Position numbers and translations under genes: made by a program. The notes beneath the pieces are model-generated. The model was not told the origin of the DNA. It did not search any database and was given only the letters and a program-made list of their open reading frames with translations. A stretch of 31,004 bases of DNA from Xylographa opegraphella (taxonomy: Eukaryota): NCBI GenBank assembly GCA_022813865.1, contig JALDZX010000037.1:186001-217004 (forward strand). Direction: 5' to 3'. This document shows, piece by piece, positions 23,345 to 31,004 of the stretch; the first letter of the stretch is position 1; each line of letters begins with the position of its first letter.

Positions 23345-24077
23345 GGTTGAAATCGTCCACCTAAAGCTTACGTTCTAGGCGTGCTTGCGTGGTGAGTTGA
23401 TGAGCCGTAATAATTACGTTATAATACGTATATGTTTTTCAATAATTAATATAATATTAATTATAAACGACGTTGGAAATTCGTATCAAAACGATGTAAA
23501 TATTTTTTAAATATTTTTAAATAATTTAAAATTAAATAAATTTATTACGAAACTTCGAGCGACGATTAAAATATTAATATATGAAACAATTAATTGTGAC
23601 GAGAAATATACGTTCGTAAATCGAAAAAGTAATTTTTAAAAAATGATTTTTTTTATAATTATTAAATAAATTCCTCGATAAATCGATTAAAATTGATAAC
23701 ACAAAATCATAAATATTATCATTATTTAAATTGAAATTTTACTATTAATTTTGTTTTATTATATTTTTATTATTCTCCATGTCTGTAAATAATTGTATAA
23801 TCAAAAGAGTAAAAAATGGCTAAATCGCTGGCCGAATACTCGCCCTCTCGGAAGTGAAGCGGAGTAGGTTATTAACCGACGAATAAGGCGTTAACTCGTA
23901 AGGACTTATGTGCACAAGTCTGGAGAATTGAGGCAAATAGACGGATTTCGGAGCGGGACAATGAATGCAATGTGGTAATTGATCGTAGCGCTACTCTAGA
24001 CTATATCAACAATATCTTATACAAAGTCCACCTCCTCTCAATGATACCAAACACGCTCTACAACAAAAGTCGCCATT

Positions 24078-25569
24078 ATGTCACACAAAGCTGCGGACGT
24101 TGCCTCGAAGGAAAAGAACGGTTTGCACGAATCACTGCTTGTCTATAGATCGAAACTAACAACTGGAAGAATACATTCCTACTTTCATTTCCAAGAAACC
24201 GTTCTATATTGACGGCGACGATACTACCTCTGATTACCTCGAACACCAACGTCTCCAGAGGGCTGCGACCGATCAATCAAAATGGTATGAGAGGGGTAAA
24301 CGGCTGGGTCCAGCTGCGACGAGGTTTCGGAAGGGCGCGTGCGAGAATTGTGGAGCCATGACGCACAAGACTAAGGACTGCTTGAGTCGACCAAGAGCTA
24401 AAGGCGCACGTTGGACAGGCAAAGATATCCAGGCAGACGAGGTAGTGCAGGAGGTGGACTTAGGGTGGGATGCGAAGAGGGATCGATGGAACGGATATGA
24501 TGCCACAGAGTATCAGGCCGTTATTGAGGAATATGAGGAGATGGAAAGTTTGAAGAAGCAAGCAAAGGGCGCGAAGGTGCCAATGCAGAAGCTGATGACC
24601 GAGGATGAAAATGAAAGGACCGAGTGCGAAGGAGAAGAGGCAAAGTACGCAGAGGAATCGGACATGGGCCGTCAACAAAGTACAGCTACAAGAAATTTGC
24701 GTTTAAGGGAGGATACAGCAAAGTACCTGCTGAACCTGGATTTGGACTCTGCAAAATACGATCCGAAGACGCGATCCATGATAGACATGGGGGCTCAGGC
24801 TGATCAAGCAGCTGCGCTAGTCGCTGAAGACAATTTCATGCGTGCTTCTGGTGACGCCGCAGAATTCGAGCGCGCCCAAAAATATGCATGGGAATCGCAA
24901 GAACGTGGCGATAAGAACAAAACCCATGTCCAAGCAAACCCCACGTCGGGCGAATACTTCCTGCGCAAGGAAGATGAAGTCCGCCAAAAGAAACATAATG
25001 CACACCAGAAGATGCTCCTGGAGAAATATGGCGGCGAACAACACTTTCAACCAATGCTCCTGCGAAACGCTGCAGTAATAGAGAACGAGCAGTACGTAGA
25101 ATATGACGCGTCAGGGGCAATCAAAGGGTCTCCCACCATCACGACCCGGTCGAAATATACGGAGGATGTACATATCAACAATCATACATCTGTCTGGGGT
25201 AGTTGGTGGAAAGACTTTCAGTGGGGCTATGCATGTTGTCATTCGACTATTAAAAATAGTTACTGTGCTGGTGAAGAAGGTCGAAAGGCTTACGAGGAGG
25301 TAGACCATATGAGAGTGGGAGGGGAGCTGGAAGTCATAGAAAACACCCGCGCCATACCACTGGTTACAAAGGAGATTGAGTACGTGCAGCTCAACGGCAA
25401 CAATAAAGCAGTTGTCAAAGACAACATAGAAAATGCTACGAAGAAAAGGACTCTATCTCAGGCGAAGAATGGTGTTACGGATGAAGAGTTGGAGGTGTTT
25501 AAGAGATCACGGTTGGTAGCTGATGATCCCATGTTCATGTTACTCGGTAAAGACGAGTTGGTTCACTGA
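24078..25569 (+). CDS. SLU7: Pre-mRNA splicing factor Slu7
   Basis: Exons 24078-24120 and 24170-25569. Motifs [20 protein letters not shown], zinc knuckle [41 protein letters not shown] and [11 protein letters not shown]...WGYACCH. Confidence 0.96.
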
Positions 25570-26007
25570 GTTTGGCACAGCTCATGGGTTTCTATCTTAA
25601 TCAAATATTTCAACCATAGCGAAGGGGTTGGTTGTTGACTCTGTGGAACGATATCATTTATGAGCCGAAGCTTGGTTGTGGCTCTGGTAGGAGCCATGTC
25701 TGCTCACGGAGGATATGATATCTGAAAACAAAAACAATCAAGCATGCTCTACGGAGTAGGCCATTACAGATTGCCCAACAGTATGAGAGTGATATGTAGA
25801 TGTCTCCAGAATCAACATTGGTGCGAGCACACTTTGTCTTGCAAACACGTTTTTAAGTTGTTGGAGGTCGATACACAGATCGGAAGCTTGCTAGCTGAGC
25901 CTGGTGTTGAATGGAAGATTTCGGGCAATATGAAGAACTTGTGCATCTCTTCTCCTAATATCAGTTGTTGTATCAACAATGGCTCGTGCCGACTCTCTCC
26001 CTCGCAT

Positions 26008-26883
26008 CTACTCTTCTTCCTCGTCGCCCTCTTCGTCGTCCTTCTTCTCCGCTGCCTTTGCCTTCTTCCGTCTCACACGGCCAGGACGTCCTCCACCAAA
26101 TGGCGACGAGAGAGCAAAGTCAATGTGCTTCTGAGAGTCTAGGCGGACGACAAACGATGGTACGTTGACTATCTGCTTACCGACCCTAAGTACGAACAAT
26201 TAGCCAATTATTCTCATTCAGAAACTATAGAAATCCCCTTACCGGATGTGTCTCTGCTTGATGAGTACACGGGCGTGATGAATACTCTTGGCTAAACCAA
26301 GTTTGTAAACACAGGTCTGTAAACGTCTCTCCAAGAAATCTTCCACTTTCAAAGCCAACACATAATCCAATTTCATGCGAGCTTCATCCAGCACACCCAC
26401 ACGCACAAGACGACGAATGAGCGCATTGCCTTCGAATAGGCGTTTTGGATCCTTTTCTTCGAGAGTGAGCAGTTGCCTGGGGATGAGAACGATTAGTAAA
26501 AGTACCAGCTTGTAGACTTCTCAAGGTCGCAAACATACCGAGCGGCACGCCGGATTTTAGACAGTGTGAGTAAAACGCGCCAGACTTCACGTTTGTTGCG
26601 TAACCCATATTCACCAACGATCTTCAATTCGGAGTCCCTGAGGAGGCATCAGCGTTATACTCAACGACTTAAGCAGAGGCAAGCTCGTGCTCAGTGGCCC
26701 CAAGATACTGACAAGCGAGCGGACTCAAAAGCTATTTGTTTTCAGCACAAACAAGTGTACAAAGATAGAGATGATGATACTCACGCCGTCGAGGAACACT
26801 GTAGGTTTTCGAATCTGTAAATCTCTGGTCAGCTTATCAGTACACAAACTTTTGATAGTCAGCCTACAGCTTCGGGGAGCCAT
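26008..26883 (-). CDS. RPS9: 40S ribosomal protein S9 (uS4), 191 aa
   Basis: Exons 26883-26868, 26814-26785, 26731-26713, 26637-26539, 26476-26243 and 26185-26008 total 576 nt. Translation [42 protein letters not shown]...DFLERRLQT...[24 protein letters not shown]. Confidence 0.97.
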
Positions 26884-27131
26884 AATGTCGGCTTCTGTGT
26901 ATCAAGAAAAACCTTTGTTTCAGAGCATAATGATTATGGATTGTATTGTGCGTTTCCACTTAGTCTTATTCCCAAAATGTATTAGAGCCTTGGCATTTGT
27001 AGCGAGGTCGATTCATGCTAGCAATACTAAACGAGAAGCTAGTGACACTCAGTAAAACAATGACATTTCACAAATTATAAATAAATCACACCTGAGAAGT
27101 TTGAAAACTTAGTCAGAAGTCAACCGCCGAG
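26884..27131. promoter_or_regulatory. Bidirectional promoter region shared by RPS9 and RPL21
   Basis: Only 248 nt separate the two divergent ATGs. Confidence 0.75.
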
Positions 27132-27904
27132 ATGGGACACAGTGCGGGAATGAGAGCGGTATGTCTACAGCTACTCCAACTTCATAATGCTGGAATATCA
27201 GAACCAGCCCTTGGATGAGCATTCCCATGGGAGTACCGCGCACAGTCACAGCAACGCTCTGTCTCAGCACCAGCCTGGTGATAAGTGGATACTGACTTGA
27301 CGCAGGGAACGCGTTATGCCTTCTCAAGAAAATTCAAGCAGAAGGGCATGATCAAGCTCTCGACGTATCTGCGACAGTACAAGTGAGTGCATGATTTGCG
27401 GAGCTCTTTGACTATTTTCTAACACTTTCAGAGTGGGAGACATTGTGGACATAAAGGCCAATGGTGCAGTTCAAAAGGGGTCAGTTCACGTCTTTCAGGT
27501 TCTACTATGAGGGTCAATTTGTGCAGACAAATATGACAACAAGACAAATAACATAATGTCTGATATTTTACAGTATGCCGCACAAAGTCTACCACGGCAA
27601 GACTGGAGTGATTTACAACGTTACGAAGAGCGCTGTTGGGGTTATTATAAACAAGCGAATCGGTAACCGCTACATCGAGAAACGCGTAAACGTGCGGGTT
27701 GAGCATGTCTCGTTGTCAAGGTCAAGAGAGGAATTCATTCGCCGTGTTAAGGACAATGCTGCCAAAAAGCAGAAAGCGAAGACAGATGGTACGCACATGT
27801 ACTTGAAGAGACAGCCTGCCATGCCAAGAGAGGCGAGGACGATCGATGCAAAGAAGAATACGCCGGAGACCATTGTGCCGATCCCTTACGAGACCACTAT
27901 CTAG
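27132..27904 (+). CDS. RPL21: 60S ribosomal protein L21 (eL21)
   Basis: Exons 27132-27158, 27306-27382, 27432-27479 and 27574-27904. Translation [62 protein letters not shown]...PIPYETTI. Confidence 0.98.
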
Positions 27905-28974
27905 TTGGATACGAGGTATCCTAAGCGTCTCTCCTTCTTGTATGGGTCTTCCTGTAGAAGGAATTCGGATAATCTTCATGCACTAAGTTATTACGATGAA
28001 TTAACTAGACGTGAGATCCTTTTATTTTCGTGTCAAAATGACTGAGAGTGGGAAAGTGGGCGTGTATTTCCTATGCAATGGAACAAATCAACTTGATCTG
28101 ATCCAGGCTAATCCTCCCGTCCTAAAAAGGGCCACCTCTGAATCCAGCACTATACAACTCTTCATTTGCGCCCGCTTTTCTAATTCCCAGTGCCCTTAGA
28201 GACTAGACATTCTCTTCCATCAACACTTCTGGCATAGCGACAGAATACTATAATGAGAGGGTGTTTGATCATATTGTGACACATCAGACACGAACAAGTT
28301 CACTTTCACCTGCTGAAGCTATAGTATGATGAGGATGATACCCACATCATGCCCTGGTCACATATGTTTCACCAGAAAGAGTGCTTAGAGAATGCTTAAT
28401 GGTAGGATTTCCAATGTAAGGAATCTGAATTCGAGTACGCACTCTCTGGACTACATGTAGTCATAATGAAGCATAGAGAAGCCATATCCTGTTGGAGTCA
28501 TCGCTGGTTGCCAAAGCTATTCGGTAGTCTAACCTCTATCATGCTTAAAGCCTTTGGGATAGTGATAGGGAGTAATGGGGAGTAATGAGGAGTAACCTTT
28601 AACCGAAATACGGCCGCCTTGAATGGCAGCAACAAAAGTACTTAGTAGGAAGGTGGGGCGTATTTGAATATCGTGCCCATCGATTAGTGGCTACAAATGG
28701 TTGGGTGATACCCCAGTTGCACATCAAGTGATCTCTGAACGTGCCCTACTGAAGGTTCACCGGGAAGACAACTTGGTAAAAGCAAGAAACGAGAACAAAC
28801 ATGTCAAGGAGATAACAATATACTACAAATGCTGTTGGGATACATTTCGGAGTAATAGTACAGAAAGGGGAAAAACGGTAGCACGCCCCACAAGGGACTT
28901 TGCGACTCAAAGGGGATTTTTGGGCATCAATGACCTTAGTCAACGACGCGCATGAGAATTTCTATGTCTTCGTA

Positions 28975-29500
28975 TCATAATATCTTCCCCTTTCGCTCTG
29001 CTCTGTCCTTGCCAAAAAGTCCTAATAGATATGTCACCCTGGTCACGAAAAGGAAAATGGTAGCCCCAATATTTCCCCAAGCCATCTTATTCCAGCTCTG
29101 CACAGCGATCGACCGCTCCCAGCCCAGCATGCACATCGTTGGGGCCACATGGCCGATGTCCGCAACTGCCAAAGCAATGATATAGACTTTAACCACATGG
29201 GAATCCATTGTGGTATTGAGAATGAAGAGACCGAGCAGTGCAAGAAGCATATAAGTATTTCCTAGTTGCATAGCAACAACCTGTGCGCTTTGCGAAGAAG
29301 GAACCGCATACTCTGAAGACGACGACGGGATTTGATCCGCAATGAAGTTGACAGGGTCAAAGTAGGCCGCGACCCACCCAGCGATACTAAGTTGCTTCTG
29401 TATTAGACCACTGTTGACAACCAGAGAGTCATGCTTACAGTGATATGGGCTCAAGGACGGCAAATATAAAACGAGGGAAAGGCGGGAGAGTCGCGGCCAT
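28975..29500 (-). CDS. Small multi-pass membrane protein of unknown function (157 aa; resembles the fungal DUF7704-type family)
   Basis: Exons 29500-29439 and 29386-28975 (intron GTAAGC...CTAAT...TAG). Translation MAATLPPFPRFIFAVLEPISLIAGW...QLGNTYMLLALLG...LAVADIGHV...WNKMAWGNIGAT, with about four hydrophobic segments. Confidence 0.85.
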
Positions 29501-29769
29501 ATGAAAGGTCTCTAGAGCAATAAAAAGATGCAGGAAGTGAAGTACTCCGTAGTACTTGAATCGTCGTAACTTCCTCACTGTACGGAGTAATGGAGCAGGG
29601 TGTGGCAGGAATGACAGCCAAGGCCGAGGTCCGGTCCACACCTCGCCTAGGGAAAGTTGTCGCAGGTGAAGCCGCTAACGGCTCGCCTAATGGCATTAGT
29701 AAGCGACCTGCCCGATTCGATACGGAGCATTACGGAAATTGGAATACCGAAAAGGGACTTTCGCCCGTT

Positions 29770-31004
29770 TAAATAAACATTTTATATAATTATAAAATTT
29801 TGTATAGTATTTACAATATAATAACGTTTTTTATATATTATATTATATTATAATAATTATACACCCGAAATCGTTTTAATAACAATGAATTTTTTTATTA
29901 CTTAATTTAAATTTCTACTTTAAATTAATAAAACTTTTTGTTGAAATAAAAGTTTATAAACTCGAGTTCTCGAGAGACGCTCTCGAAGGGGGCCCTCAAT
30001 TATAAACTTTAATTCAAAAAAGTTAACGGGTTTAATGAAACTTGATTTATAAAAACAAATTTCGCGTATTTTATTTAAAATTCATCCTTTTTGCATTTTA
30101 ACACTGTTCAGCGTATTTGGTCGTAAGTTTTTTTTAACGACGTAATTAAAATATTAATAATAAGAATCGTTTTATCGTTTTATCGTTTTATCGTTTTATC
30201 GTTTTATCGTTTTATCGTTTTATCGTTTTATCGTTTTATCGTTTTATCGTTTTATCGTTTTATCGTTTTATCGTTTTATCGTTTTATCGTTTTATCGTTT
30301 TATCGTTTTATCGTTTTATCGTTTTATCGTTTTATCGTTCTTTATTTATATGAATTCGAGATTTTTATTATTATTTTTTACGCCTTTTTACCTATAAGAA
30401 AATCTATGATTTATATAAAATTTAACGTTAATTTAAAACTCTTTATTTTTTAACCTCAAGATTATTAAAAAAGTTTTTAAAGATTATTTTTTTAAAATTT
30501 ATAATCGAAATAATTTAATTTAAATATTTATTATCCTCGATTATTTATTTCAAAATTTATTATATTTAATATTATATTAAAATTTTTATTCGTAACTTAC
30601 TAAATCAAAATATTAAGCGCAATTTCCTAAAGGGTTTAATTATTAATAAAATCTTTTTAAAATCTATATATATTCATTAAAGAAATACGTCGCTTGAAAG
30701 TTAAACTATAAAAGCTAGAGAAAAAAGAAAAAAGTTATAAAACTTTAATTCTATAAAAATATTATATACAAAAATATTTTTCTCGCTTAAATAAAAAGCT
30801 TTTAAAGTATTTTATTACGCTTAGCATAATTCAGGTTGAAATATTTATAATATATAATTATAGTTAATTTGTCAGCTTTTATAATTTAATAATGTTAAAA
30901 ATTTTAATTAAATTATCTAAAAGCTTTAAATTTAACTTATAAAGTATTAAAAGGCACGTGTATTTGGATCAGGGCGGGGGCAACAGTAATCGTATATTCG
31001 GTGA
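29770..31004. mobile_element. AT-rich RIP-like degenerate repeat block, continuing to the window edge
   Basis: Very low GC, TpA-rich, no ORFs. Contains an inverted repeat and an 8-mer array. Confidence 0.65.
30166..30339. repeat. Perfect 8-nt tandem array (ATCGTTTT)x21 plus a partial copy
   Basis: Counted directly: 168 nt of full copies followed by ATCGTT. Confidence 0.97.

Larger units (their letters stand above)
22979..23885. mobile_element. AT-rich degenerate repeat/transposon relic (RIP-like), interrupted by an assembly gap
   Basis: Abrupt drop in GC between two genes, abundant TpA, no ORFs, short internal repeats, and an N-gap in the middle as expected for a collapsed repeat. The family cannot be identified. 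Confidence 0.6.

Noticed and set aside
28326..28428. ATGATGA ... TCTGA, possible C/D snoRNA
   Set aside because: No match to U14-type or other guide sequences I recognise, and no clear terminal stem.
28568..28597. Three copies of GGGAGTAATG-like 10-mer
   Set aside because: Ordinary short slippage repeat in an intergenic/3' region.
21..29772. Many short overlapping or antisense ORFs in the supplied track
   Set aside because: They are shadow frames of real exons or read through introns. Several also start at non-ATG codons, which is inappropriate for a fungal nuclear genome.
30166..30339. Array considered as CRISPR or true telomere
   Set aside because: It has no spacers and is in a eukaryotic context. 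The unit is not G-rich and the array is internal, with flanking sequence on both sides.

Overview
Eukaryotic DNA from a filamentous ascomycete (Pezizomycotina, inferred from short GT-AG introns with CTRAY branch points and the protein families present). It is a gene-dense housekeeping region with 14 intron-containing genes that I reconstructed by hand. In order: an uncharacterised coiled-coil protein running off the left edge (missed by the ORF track), D-lactate dehydrogenase, RPS4, a RIM2-like carrier, a DCAF11/WDR23-like WD40 protein, Sec61-gamma, an Rbp35/CFIm68-like RRM protein, a divergent CNNM/DUF21 protein, SNX3, a double-Myb Tay1/Teb1-like protein, SLU7, the head-to-head RPS9/RPL21 pair and a small membrane protein. 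Two AT-rich, RIP-like repeat relics lie at about 22980-23880 (with a 39-N gap) and about 29770-31004. I see no convincing new multi-gene system. The best leads are: (1) an apparent autoregulatory 5'-UTR intron in the CFIm gene, (2) a CNNM paralogue that has lost conserved metal-ligand residues, (3) a C-to-T decay pattern that spares CpG and is visible within a telomere-like tandem repeat upstream of the telobox-Myb gene, and (4) a structured Sec61-gamma intron. Family assignments are from motif recognition, not database searches.
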